This document shows, piece after piece, positions 7,614 through 16,605 of a stretch of 28,423 nucleotides of DNA. The notes under the pieces were generated by a model. The model had not been told where the DNA came from. It ran no database searches and saw nothing but the letters and a program-made list of their open reading frames with translations. The DNA is taken from positions 1 to 28,423 of the forward strand of contig JAVCBY010000010.1 of NCBI GenBank assembly GCA_037917625.1, written 5' to 3'. This stretch comes from Thermoproteota archaeon. GTDB lineage: Archaea > Korarchaeota > Korarchaeia > Korarchaeales > Korarchaeaceae. The stretch's first letter is position 1, and each line of letters starts with the position of its first letter. The position numbers and the translations under genes were made by a program.

Positions 7614-9071
7614 ATGAGCTGGGTCGAAATGGTCGAGCTGAGGAAGATAGATGAGGTTAGATGGGAACTTCCTAAGGGATATAAGCCCGGAATGAGGGTT
7701 CCAGGCCTTGTATTCGCTACTGAGAAGCTCGTTAAGGGAATAGAAGCGAGAGCATTGGATCAACTGGCTAACGTAGCGATGCTCCCGGGCATATATAAGT
7801 ACTCCATAGCCATGCCAGATATACACGAGGGTTACGGCTTCCCGATAGGGGGAGTTGCTGCTTTCGATGCTTACGAGGGTATAGTCAGCCCTGGAGGCGT
7901 GGGTTACGACATAAACTGCGGGGTCAGGTTGATAAGGACGGACTTGAGCGAGAAGGAAGTGAGACCAAAGCTAAAACAACTAGTTGATGCGTTATTCGAG
8001 AACGTCCCCTCAGGGCTGGGGAGCAGTGGGAAGGTTAGGCTGAGCCCTGGGCAGCTCGACGATGTCATAGTTATGGGAGCTAGGTGGGCTGTGGAGCAGG
8101 GCTATGGATGGGAGAGGGATCTAGAGCATTGCGAGGAAGGGGGGATGATGGAGGGAGCGGACCCAGGGGTAATAAGCAGGAAGGCTAAGGAGAGGGGATT
8201 GCCTCAATTAGGCTCTTTGGGGAGCGGAAATCACTTCCTGGAGGTCCAAGTAGTGGATAAGATATACGATGAAGGTGCTGCGAGAGTCATGGGGATAGAG
8301 CGTGAGGGCCAAGTCGTAGCTATGGTGCACACTGGGAGCAGGGGGTTCGGCCACCAAGTAGCGGACGATTTCCTCAACATAATGATGTCAAAGATAAGCT
8401 CGCTTAACTTCAAACTCCCGGATAAGGAGCTGATATTCGCTTATGCTAACTCGGATATAGCTGAGAAGTACTTCAAAGCTATGAAAGGAGCGGCTAATTA
8501 TGCGTGGGCTAATAGGCAGATGATAACGCATTGGGTGAGGGAGTCTTTCGAGAGGGTGTTCGGAAGGAACGCTGAGGACTTAGGGATGAACCTAGTTTAT
8601 GATGTGGCTCACAACATAGCGAAGTTGGAGGAGCATGTGGTCGATGGGAAGAGGGTCAAAGTATATGTGCATAGGAAGGGAGCTACGAGATCCTTCCCTC
8701 CCGGGCATCCAGCTATACCTGAGGACTACAGGGAGGTGGGTCAACCCGTGATAATACCTGGATCCCAGGGTACTGCATCTTACTTGATGGCCGGGACGGA
8801 GAGGGCGATGAGTGAGTCCTTCGGTACCACTGCTCATGGAGCTGGGAGGGTGATGAGCAGGGAGCAAGCTAAGAGAGTCTATAGAGGGAGCCAGATAGTG
8901 CAGATGCTAGCTGAGAGGGGCATAATAGTGAAACCCGCCTCACTAGCTGTAGCAGCTGAGGAAGCGCCTGGAGCTTATAAGGACGTCGATGAAGTCGTTA
9001 ACGCAACCCATAAAGCTGGAATAGCTAGATTAGTTGCGAGACTCGTCCCCATAGGAGTAGTTAAAGGGTGA
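7614..9071 (+). CDS. rtcB: tRNA-splicing ligase RtcB
   Basis: [60 protein letters not shown]. Confidence 0.98.
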   Translation: MSWVEMVELRKIDEVRWELPKGYKPGMRVPGLVFATEKLVKGIEARALDQLANVAMLPGIYKYSIAMPDIHEGYGFPIGGVAAFDAYEGIVSPGGVGYDINCGVRLIRTDLSEKEVRPKLKQLVDALFENVPSGLGSSGKVRLSPGQLDDVIVMGARWAVEQGYGWERDLEHCEEGGMMEGADPGVISRKAKERGLPQLGSLGSGNHFLEVQVVDKIYDEGAARVMGIEREGQVVAMVHTGSRGFGHQVADDFLNIMMSKISSLNFKLPDKELIFAYANSDIAEKYFKAMKGAANYAWANRQMITHWVRESFERVFGRNAEDLGMNLVYDVAHNIAKLEEHVVDGKRVKVYVHRKGATRSFPPGHPAIPEDYREVGQPVIIPGSQGTASYLMAGTERAMSESFGTTAHGAGRVMSREQAKRVYRGSQIVQMLAERGIIVKPASLAVAAEEAPGAYKDVDEVVNATHKAGIARLVARLVPIGVVKG

Positions 9072-9075
9072 TAGC

Positions 9076-9762
9076 TTGTTCTATTTAGTTAACCTCACGA
9101 TAAGGGATGAGAGCTCTCTCTATCAAACTACAGTGGAGGAAGTAGCGAAGAGAGCGGGCATATACTCGGAGAAGGTCAGTTACAATCCGATACTCGTCAT
9201 ACCGGGGGAGACGGGGCTATTCCCAAAACTGATGGAGAGGATACTCAGCTCAGAGGAGGGTGAGAAGTTTGAGCTCACTCTGGAGCCTGAAGAAGCATAT
9301 GGGAATTACGATAGGAGTAAAGTGAAGGTCTTCTCCGTTAAGAGGTTAGAGAGAGAGGGCATACATCCCCATGTAGGTGAGGTCATCTACTTAGATAACC
9401 AGAGGGGGATCATACAATCGGTGAATGGGGGAAGGGTTACAGTGGACTTCAACCACCCCTTAGCGGGGAAGAGGCTGATAGTTGAGTGCGAAGTCGTCAA
9501 GAAGATAGAAGATGACCTAGAGAAGCTCAGGGCTATAGTAGCTGATATGTTCGATGTGAGCATCGATGATATAACTGCGAGGTGGATAGAGGATGGGAAA
9601 GCCGAGGTGCAACTACCACCTAAAGCCTACGTCCTCAGGGATTCATACTCCAGGAAAATAAGTTCCCTCTCACTGATAATGAGGCATCTGAAGGGAGTTA
9701 AGGCCGTTAGATTCATAGAGGAATTCGATATACCGAAATCAGATCAGAAGCTCACCTCGTAG
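9076..9762 (+). CDS. Long-type FKBP peptidyl-prolyl isomerase (SlyD-like)
   Basis: [24 protein letters not shown], plus an archaeal C-terminal extension. Confidence 0.92.
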   Translation: MFYLVNLTIRDESSLYQTTVEEVAKRAGIYSEKVSYNPILVIPGETGLFPKLMERILSSEEGEKFELTLEPEEAYGNYDRSKVKVFSVKRLEREGIHPHVGEVIYLDNQRGIIQSVNGGRVTVDFNHPLAGKRLIVECEVVKKIEDDLEKLRAIVADMFDVSIDDITARWIEDGKAEVQLPPKAYVLRDSYSRKISSLSLIMRHLKGVKAVRFIEEFDIPKSDQKLTS

Positions 9763-10172
9763 ATCCTCAACTCCCCCATTCTCTTGCAATTTATCTTCCC
9801 AATTTCCCTGATCACCCTAAGCTTATCCCCCTCTTTAACTCCCTCCGGCCTGCAGTAATTCTGATACTCACATTCCTCATTGCAGCTAGCTCTGTATATG
9901 AAGCTAGCCCCCTCCACCATCCTAGCCCCTGAAGCTATCTCTATGTTAGCTCTCGCTATCGATGCTAGGACTAGCTCCCCATGTATAGGGCATTGGAACC
10001 TCTTCCTCTCATTGACTCCCCTCACGACATATAGTCTACCTACCTCCATCCCATCCACGCAAACGCTCCTGTACTTACACCCTCTGCAAGCTTCAGCCTC
10101 CCCCATGAAGATGAACTTGAACCCTTCCTTAGCTAGGTTGCTCGGGACTAGCCCCATCCTTTCCTCTTGCAT
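9744..10172 (-). CDS. UPF0179 family protein
   Basis: [24 protein letters not shown] and further Cys motifs typical of archaeal UPF0179. Confidence 0.85.
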   Translation of the reverse strand: MQEERMGLVPSNLAKEGFKFIFMGEAEACRGCKYRSVCVDGMEVGRLYVVRGVNERKRFQCPIHGELVLASIARANIEIASGARMVEGASFIYRASCNEECEYQNYCRPEGVKEGDKLRVIREIGKINCKRMGELRIYEVSF

Positions 10173-10229
10173 ATGTTGATGCGAGGGAATCCTTTTTAAT
10201 CGGTTCCCTCAGTCAAGCTCGGTGCCCTT

Positions 10230-10850
10230 ATGTTGATGAAAGGTACTACTACAGTAGGCGTTAAATTCAAGAACGGGGTTGTCGTGGCTTCAGACAAAAG
10301 GGCGACAAGCGGGACGTTCGTAGCGAGCAAGAGCGCAGTTAAAACTCTCAAGATAACTGATTACGCTGTTGCAACTATCTCAGGGCTCGTGGCAGACGGC
10401 CAGTATCTAGTGAACAGTATAAGGACGATAGCTGACCTCTACAGCCTGGATACGGAGAGGCCTTTGAGCGTGAGGGGTATGGCTAGGATACTGGCCTTCC
10501 TACTGAGGAGGTACAGGCCCTACTTCCTCTTAGCTCAACTCATAGTGGGGGGGATCGATAGAGAGGGGCCCCACTTATTCAACGTGGACCCCTTCGGCAC
10601 ACTGACGGAGGAGGATTATTTAGCAACTGGCTCGGGCTCTCCAGTGGCTATATCTGTGATAGAGAGCGGGTACTCCCCTGATATGGATCGCGAATCGGCC
10701 TTAAGGTTAGTGATATCCAGCATGGTTGCAGCGCTCACTAGGGACGCTGCTACTGGCGACGGGATAGATGTAGTGGTGATAGATGATAAGGGGGTCAGCT
10801 TCCTGAGCAGGGAGGAGATATCCAATTTAGTGAGAGAGGTACTAAGATGA
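10230..10850 (+). CDS. psmB: Proteasome subunit beta
   Basis: KG|TTTVG, ASDKRAT, GLVADGQ, ATGSGS, RDAATGDG. Confidence 0.97.
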   Translation: MLMKGTTTVGVKFKNGVVVASDKRATSGTFVASKSAVKTLKITDYAVATISGLVADGQYLVNSIRTIADLYSLDTERPLSVRGMARILAFLLRRYRPYFLLAQLIVGGIDREGPHLFNVDPFGTLTEEDYLATGSGSPVAISVIESGYSPDMDRESALRLVISSMVAALTRDAATGDGIDVVVIDDKGVSFLSREEISNLVREVLR

Positions 10851-12721
10851 GCGAGGACCTCAAGACTAAGGTGAAGAGATATTTCTCGCAATACGCTAAG
10901 GTCGAGAAAGTAGAACTGGAGGGTCCCTTCGTAACTCTCCTCGTTGAGAACCCGAAGGACATATTGGATAAGCCAGATCTCATAGTAAATGCTGCTAAGA
11001 CGCTGAAGAAGAAGATAATAGTGCTAGCTAGCAAGCCCCTAATGGATGAAGCAGCTGCAGCAGAATTCATAAGGAAGACAATACCTGAGAACGCTGAGAT
11101 AGAGGATCTCAAGTTCGTCCCAGAGACTGGAGAGGTCTACATAATAGCTAAGAGGACAGGCTACGTCGTAGGGAAAGGAGGAGCTAACATAGTCGAGATA
11201 TTGAAGGAGACCGGATGGAGGCCCGTGGTGGTGAGGGCTCCGACGATAAGATCGACTTTCCTAGACATATTCTACAACGTAATAATATCCGGAGCTCTCG
11301 AGAGGAAGAAGGTAATGAAGAAACTCTCCGAGAGGATATTCAGAGAACCCTTGAATCTCAGCAGGGGACTCTATGCTACCTTCCTCGGCGCGGCTAGGGA
11401 AGTCGGGAGGAGCTCCATCTTAATAACGACGGATGAGAGCAATGTACTCTTAGACTGCGGGATAAGTCTATCTAGCAGGAGCGTCTTCCCCAGGTTGGAT
11501 CTGATAGATCTAGATGAACTTGATGCTGTAATAATAACTCACGCGCATTTAGATCACTCCGGAGCTCTTCCCCTCCTCTTCAAATACGGCTATAAGGGGC
11601 CCGTCTATTTGACGAGGCCAACGAGGGATTTGATGATGCTCCTCCTCTACGATTACATGAATCTCTCCCAGAGGGTGGGATCGATCCCCTTCTTCTCATG
11701 GAGGGATGTGGTCAACATGATGAATCATACGATAACGCTGGATTATGCGGAAACTGTCGATATATCCCCAGATATAAAGCTGACGCTTTACAACGCCGGC
11801 CACATACTCGGCTCAGCACTAGCCCATCTGAACATAGAGAGCGCGAGGCATAACGTCCTTTATACAGGTGACTTCAGGTTCAGGGACACTAAATTACTTG
11901 ATAAGGCCATGAGGAAGTTCCCAAGGGTAGAAACTCTCATAATGGAGTGCACTTACTGCGGGGAATCCGATGTACTTCCCAGCCTCCCTGAGGCTGAGGA
12001 GACTCTCTTCTCGATAATAAAGAGGACAGCTGAGGGAGGGGGGAAGGTCCTCATACCAGCATTAGCCGTGGGAAGGGCTCAGGAGATAATGCTCTCCTTA
12101 GTCGATGGTTTTGAGAGAGGAGCCCTTCCGGATATACCAGTCTATCTAGACGGCATGATATACGATTCGACTGCCATACACTCCGCATACCCTGATTACC
12201 TATCAAATTACGTCAGGGAGAGCGTCTTCAAGAGGGATAGGGATTCCTTCACGGAGCCCCATTTCAACTTCGTGAGCTCCGATGAGAGGCCTGATGTGAC
12301 TAAAGGGGGGCCAGCTGTCATAATAGCTCCATCAGGTATGCTCACAGGCGGGCCCAGCGTGGATTATCTGAAATTACTGGCTCCGAGCGAGGAGAACTCT
12401 ATAGTGCTCGTCAGCTATCAAGCTGAGGGTACCCTCGGCAGGAAGCTCAGGGATGGTGTGAGGGAGCTGAGGCTCCAGGATGAGGAGGGTTATATCACGG
12501 TAAAAGTTAAGGCGGATGTGAGGGTAGTCGAGGGCTTCAGCGCTCACGCTGACAAAGTCCAGCTCCTCAGTTACCTAAGCACGATGGAGCCGAGGCCCCA
12601 CAGGATCTTCTTAGTTCACGGTGAGGAGGAGAAGATGAGGCAATTCGGACCCCTCGCCTCTAGATCTGTCCCCATCAGGACGGTATCTCCTCAAATAGGT
12701 GAGACATTTAAGTTAGCTTAA
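10847..12721 (+). CDS. aCPSF1/FttA beta-CASP ribonuclease with KH domains
   Basis: KH GKGG, EVGRS, THAHLDHSG, AGHILGS, GFSAHAD, VHGE; follows psmB as commonly seen in archaea. Confidence 0.96.
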   Translation: MSEDLKTKVKRYFSQYAKVEKVELEGPFVTLLVENPKDILDKPDLIVNAAKTLKKKIIVLASKPLMDEAAAAEFIRKTIPENAEIEDLKFVPETGEVYIIAKRTGYVVGKGGANIVEILKETGWRPVVVRAPTIRSTFLDIFYNVIISGALERKKVMKKLSERIFREPLNLSRGLYATFLGAAREVGRSSILITTDESNVLLDCGISLSSRSVFPRLDLIDLDELDAVIITHAHLDHSGALPLLFKYGYKGPVYLTRPTRDLMMLLLYDYMNLSQRVGSIPFFSWRDVVNMMNHTITLDYAETVDISPDIKLTLYNAGHILGSALAHLNIESARHNVLYTGDFRFRDTKLLDKAMRKFPRVETLIMECTYCGESDVLPSLPEAEETLFSIIKRTAEGGGKVLIPALAVGRAQEIMLSLVDGFERGALPDIPVYLDGMIYDSTAIHSAYPDYLSNYVRESVFKRDRDSFTEPHFNFVSSDERPDVTKGGPAVIIAPSGMLTGGPSVDYLKLLAPSEENSIVLVSYQAEGTLGRKLRDGVRELRLQDEEGYITVKVKADVRVVEGFSAHADKVQLLSYLSTMEPRPHRIFLVHGEEEKMRQFGPLASRSVPIRTVSPQIGETFKLA

Positions 12722-13107
12722 TCCGGGCTGCGCCATATCTCGATGAACCTGGGCACTATGAGTATCGGGGGATAGCCTCTATCCCTTATCATGACTAGAT
12801 CTCCGCCCATCTCCAGTATCCTCTCCTTCAGCTTCTGTACCATGAACTTGAGCTTCTCCTCCCCCTCCGAAGCTAGGTCATCGTACCTCAGGAGCACTAT
12901 GTTCCCCTCATTTATCTCGTTCAATATCTGCTCCACATCCTCAGCGCTCCTCAAGTTCATCGGCTTGACCGTTATAGCTTTCTCAGATAGGAACCTAGGT
13001 CTAGCTGGCTCAACCTCGATGGGCTCCTCCTCGAACTCCTCCTCTTCCTCATAATATTCTTCCTCCTCCTCACGCTTGCCCCCGAATATCTTCCTGAAGA
13101 AACCCAT
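12718..13107 (-). CDS. sepF: Cell division protein SepF (archaeal type)
   Basis: Amphipathic N-terminus MGFFRKIFGG, acidic linker, core EDVEQILNEINEGNIVLL...MGGDLV...ILIVP. Confidence 0.85.
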   Translation of the reverse strand: MGFFRKIFGGKREEEEEYYEEEEEFEEEPIEVEPARPRFLSEKAITVKPMNLRSAEDVEQILNEINEGNIVLLRYDDLASEGEEKLKFMVQKLKERILEMGGDLVMIRDRGYPPILIVPRFIEIWRSPD

Positions 13108-13173
13108 GATCGCACCCAACATAGGGGGAGGGCGCGGTATTTAAATTATGAAGGGCTTAAGGCTGGGGTCGAG

Positions 13174-13416
13174 ATGTCGAGCGCCATGAGGTACCTCGCT
13201 AAGAGCATGAACGGAAGCGTGCTAGTGATACTGAAGAACGGGGTTTACGTTAGGGGAATACTGAAGTCATACGATAATCACCTCAACTTAATACTTGATA
13301 ATGCAGAGGAGATAATGGAAGGGAATGCGAAGAAGCTGGGGAAGAGGGTATTGATAAGGGGGGATAACGTTATAGCTATATCGACTCAGAAGATAGAGAT
13401 AGGTGAGGGAGAATGA
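13174..13416 (+). CDS. Sm-like archaeal protein (LSm/SmAP)
   Basis: [19 protein letters not shown] and LIRGDNV; upstream of rpl37e. Confidence 0.96.
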   Translation: MSSAMRYLAKSMNGSVLVILKNGVYVRGILKSYDNHLNLILDNAEEIMEGNAKKLGKRVLIRGDNVIAISTQKIEIGEGE

Positions 13417-13574
13417 AGGGAACACCATCTATGGGAAGAAGAAGTAGAGGACAAACTCATGTCAGGTGCAGGAGGTGCGGAAGACACTCTTTCAACATCA
13501 GAAAGGGGTACTGCGCTTCATGTGGCTTCGGAAGGAGCAAGAGATTGCGGAGTTATGCATGGGCGAAAGGTTAA
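13413..13574 (+). CDS. rpl37e: 50S ribosomal protein L37e (not in the ORF track)
   Basis: [53 protein letters not shown]. Confidence 0.97.
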   Translation: MKGTPSMGRRSRGQTHVRCRRCGRHSFNIRKGYCASCGFGRSKRLRSYAWAKG

Positions 13575-13578
13575 AAAA
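13565..13578 (+). promoter_or_regulatory. BRE/TATA promoter for the tRNA pair, overlapping the rpl37e stop
   Basis: GAAAGG-TTAAAAA lies about 25 nt upstream of the tRNA-Ala start. Confidence 0.55.
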
Positions 13579-13598
13579 GGGCCCTGTAGAATAGATGG

Positions 13599-13671
13599 GG
13601 GCCGGTGGCGCAGTTGGTAGCGCGCCCGCTTGGCATGCGGGAGGTCGGGGGTTCGAATCCCCCCCGGTCCA
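13599..13671 (+). tRNA. tRNA-Ala(GGC)
   Basis: GGGCCGG/CCGGTCC acceptor with G3:U70; anticodon arm CCCGC-TTGGCAT-GCGGG. Confidence 0.97.
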
Positions 13672-13675
13672 CTTG

Positions 13676-13747
13676 GCCGGGGTAGCTCAGAGGGAGAGCG
13701 TCCGGCTGAAGACCGGAAGGTCGAGGGTTCAAATCCCTCCCCCGGCA
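13676..13747 (+). tRNA. tRNA-Phe(GAA)
   Basis: GCCGGGG/CCCCGGC acceptor; TCCGG-CTGAAGA-CCGGA; 4-nt spacer after tRNA-Ala. Confidence 0.97.
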
Positions 13748-13775
13748 CTTTCTTAGTTTCAAGGTCGATTTTACG

Positions 13776-14480
13776 TTGAGGGCGCACGCTTCCGTACTTG
13801 ATATGAATATCCGGAATTATACTTTACAGTCAAAGCAGCAATCAAACTTCTCCTTTAGCGGGTCGGCAAGTGCAACTTATGCTTACAGACCACTTCAACC
13901 ACCTCCACAAACAACCACATCCATTTGCTCATGTAGCGATTGCAAATACTACTCTTCCGAATTGTAATAGCCTGTGAAGAATGAAAAGTGTGTGCGCGAG
14001 TTACTTTCCAGTCTTCAGGTTGCTCAGCAAACACAAATTATTACGCTTGTAAGTATAGAAGTTACTCTCAAACACGACCTAAGGTCTACATCCTAACACC
14101 TTATACAGCGCTTAGTAGAGGATTAAAGGTTTCGGTAGAGTTTGCTTGTGAAGAATGGAAAATACTGTTAAAAATTTGATTTTAGAGTTAAGTATTGATG
14201 GAAGGAAGTGGGGCAAGTGCTTTTTAAATAAAAAGGGTTTAATCAACGACTTTGAGTGGAATGCTTCTAATAATAAAATGTCAGGAATGTGTGGATGAAA
14301 AAACAAGTGGAACTATAATTCAACGATGTGTAAGCATAAAGATTACAACTTATGGGCAAATCTAAGTTTAGCGAAAGATGTGTGGATGTGACATTCGCAT
14401 GTAAACTACCAACACTTTCTCCCGGAGCTCACACATTAAATGTAATAGCGAAAGTCCATGGAAGTGAATTGTTGTTCTGC
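13776..14480 (+). pseudogene. Decayed 3' part of a Cys/Thr-rich surface protein
   Basis: Broken frames give NYT..FTVKAA..SGSASATY (end of an Ig-like NEW3-type domain), TTSTTST/TTTSICSCSDC, further Cys-rich pieces and TLSPGAHTLNV, with many stops and frameshifts. Confidence 0.55.
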
Positions 14481-14519
14481 TTGTTGCTATCAATATTCTT
14501 ATCAATAAGCATAGACACC

Positions 14520-14676
14520 AAAATTGAAAAAATAAGAGAAGATAGCCTGATAAATGCAAGATTATTTCGCTTGATATTGGAGGAAAGATTGTTTCTATTA
14601 GGACAGCGAGGAAAATTCCAAGGAAAATATTTTGATAAATTGTTGCTGTTAAAAAGCTTATTATTTCTTGTAACAT
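14520..14676 (-). pseudogene. N-terminal fragment of a DedA family membrane protein
   Basis: LGIFLAVLIETIFPPISSEIILHLSGYL matches the DedA ExxFPPIPSE motif; similarity is lost after about 50 aa. Confidence 0.7.
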
Positions 14677-14785
14677 TCTATTGATTTTGATGTTTAGGAT
14701 TAAAAAGGATGAAAATTTAAAATAAATAGCAAGAAATCAAGGCCGTTTAAAAGTTTGCAAGGGCTGTTTTAAGATCTATCAAAAA

Positions 14786-14870
14786 TAGCCCCGGGCGGGT
14801 TCGAACCGCCGTCTCAGGCTCCAGAGGCTTGCGCTAAATTCTGCGTCCTTGACCGCTAGACGACGGGGCT
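14786..14870 (-). tRNA. tRNA-Gln(CTG) with a 12-nt intron at position 29/30
   Basis: Reverse complement: AGCCCCG TC GTCT AGCGGTCAA GGAC G CAG[AATTTAGCGCAA]GC CTCTGGA GCCTG AGAC GGCGG TTCGAAC CCGCC CGGGGCT A; A1-U72 pair; TATA (TTTATAA) at 14895-14889. Confidence 0.9.
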
Positions 14871-15229
14871 TTAATTTAAAATTTTTTCTTATAAACTTTT
14901 AACAATAAAATAGTTCATATACTATTTTGTAACTTTTTTCCTTGGACTGAAGGATTTATAATAAGAGATTCGCATTTTCGGAGTACGTACTATTTAAATA
15001 TGAGATAAAGACTGCTTTATTTTCAAGATAACTAAGTTGGAAGTAATAGATATTTGCAATAGAGCGATGTGGTAAGATTAATGAAAAATTTGCTATTTTA
15101 GGGTTGGTTGTTTGTAGTTTTAAAAATTACAAATCGAACCAGAGGTTTTATACAGATGGGGAGTTTCTGAAACTTAGTAGAGAATTAGAATGTTTAAAAG
15201 TATTTATATAAACAAATTTAATAATACCT

Positions 15230-15691
15230 ATGAAAAATAGGAGAAAAATCCTACTTTTAATTCTTGCTGTTGTATTATTATCTACTTTTCTCTCAATTTT
15301 CTTAATAAAGAAAGTTAAATTTAACGGAGATAAGGTATTATCAGAAATAGCAAAGCTTAATCCTGATGAAGCAACAATTCGAATTTTAAAATACGCTGAG
15401 TGTAAAACTTTGGAGAAAAAAGAGAATGTATGGATTGTTAAAGATTGTAAGGGTGACTATTACTTTAAGCTTTTTCTCGCAGAAGATGGATATATGCTTG
15501 GAAAATGTACGGAATGGAAAACTCCAAGGGAAGCTTTTATAAAGCTTAGAGACTTTTTGCCTATAAAAGGATGCGCTGATGTAAATGCTGAAGATAGACT
15601 TCTTCGCGAATCAAATTTTGCAAGAGTATATGAGATTTGTGGTTTAAAAATAGCTTTTGTTGAAGAATGTATAGTTGGGGTGAGGTCATGA
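15230..15691 (+). CDS. Membrane-anchored hypothetical protein
   Basis: Basic N-terminus plus TM helix and several Cys; TTTATATA upstream; 4-nt overlap with the next gene. Confidence 0.8.
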   Translation: MKNRRKILLLILAVVLLSTFLSIFLIKKVKFNGDKVLSEIAKLNPDEATIRILKYAECKTLEKKENVWIVKDCKGDYYFKLFLAEDGYMLGKCTEWKTPREAFIKLRDFLPIKGCADVNAEDRLLRESNFARVYEICGLKIAFVEECIVGVRS

Positions 15692-16605
15692 ATAGAATTA
15701 TCCTATCTGCAATTTTCTTTTCTTTGATCTTTTTTAGTTTAATTCATTTTGTTATGGCCGCATGTTGTACCGATACTGGTAACTGTGCTCATGCTTTTTG
15801 TACAGATGGAAGGAGTTGCCCAAAAGGTTGGAAGTCTTGCACTTGTGCTACATACTGTTGTCCTGGTTGTAACTGTTGTCCGACCACATCCACCATAAGA
15901 ACAACAACCACCACCATTTCTTGCCCATCCGGCACTGACTGTATGACTGCTACTGAATGCTTTGGTGCCGGAGGTTCTTGTATCTCCAGTGATTGTGGTT
16001 ATGGGTGTTGTTGTAGTTTCTCTAAAACCACCACATCCACCACTCAACCCACCACATCCACCACCGTATGCCATAATAAGAGTAATCCATGGACTAGAGC
16101 AACAGCTTGTTGTGGTAGTGCAACAGATTGCGTGGATCGTAACGGAAATTGTGTAAGTAGCGGTAATTGGGCAAAGGCCGATAATATCAATAATGTGTTG
16201 GATTATTGTGATGGAGGGAGCTGGATAACTGGTTGGTGCGTAGGAGCTAGTAGAAAATGCTTAAGTGGGTGCATATACACTACCAACACTCGTGGATGCA
16301 ATAAGTATAGTGCCGAGTGTCCTCCTTATGACTATAAAGTTGTTCTTGCTAAATGTCCAACAACCGCTACTCTTCTAGAATGTACTAAGGATGAAGACTG
16401 TCCCAATGGACAATGTTGCAATACATTTTCTACCCCACCCCAATGTAAGGAAAAAGGTACCATAATTTCTTACGAAGGAAAATCTTATCTGTGCGACCCT
16501 CCGGAGGGATTTGTCGAAGTTAAAGACGAAGTTAAAAACCCAACAAAAAGCTTAAGCTTCTTTGATATGATAATAAGCTTTTTCTCTCACTTCTTCAAAA
16601 AATAA
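15688..16605 (+). CDS. Secreted Cys-rich modular protein with Thr-rich linkers
   Basis: Signal peptide; 38 Cys in 305 aa; TTST linkers; amphipathic C-terminus FFDMIISFFSHFFKK; GGGGTGAGG RBS. Confidence 0.85.
   Translation: MNRIILSAIFFSLIFFSLIHFVMAACCTDTGNCAHAFCTDGRSCPKGWKSCTCATYCCPGCNCCPTTSTIRTTTTTISCPSGTDCMTATECFGAGGSCISSDCGYGCCCSFSKTTTSTTQPTTSTTVCHNKSNPWTRATACCGSATDCVDRNGNCVSSGNWAKADNINNVLDYCDGGSWITGWCVGASRKCLSGCIYTTNTRGCNKYSAECPPYDYKVVLAKCPTTATLLECTKDEDCPNGQCCNTFSTPPQCKEKGTIISYEGKSYLCDPPEGFVEVKDEVKNPTKSLSFFDMIISFFSHFFKK

Noticed and set aside
7614-9071. Possible intein in RtcB
   Set aside because: Length (485 aa) and motifs are continuous; there is no insertion.
13518-13787. Minus-strand ORFs of 89 and 63 aa
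   Set aside because: Antisense to tRNA-Ala and tRNA-Phe; shadow ORFs.
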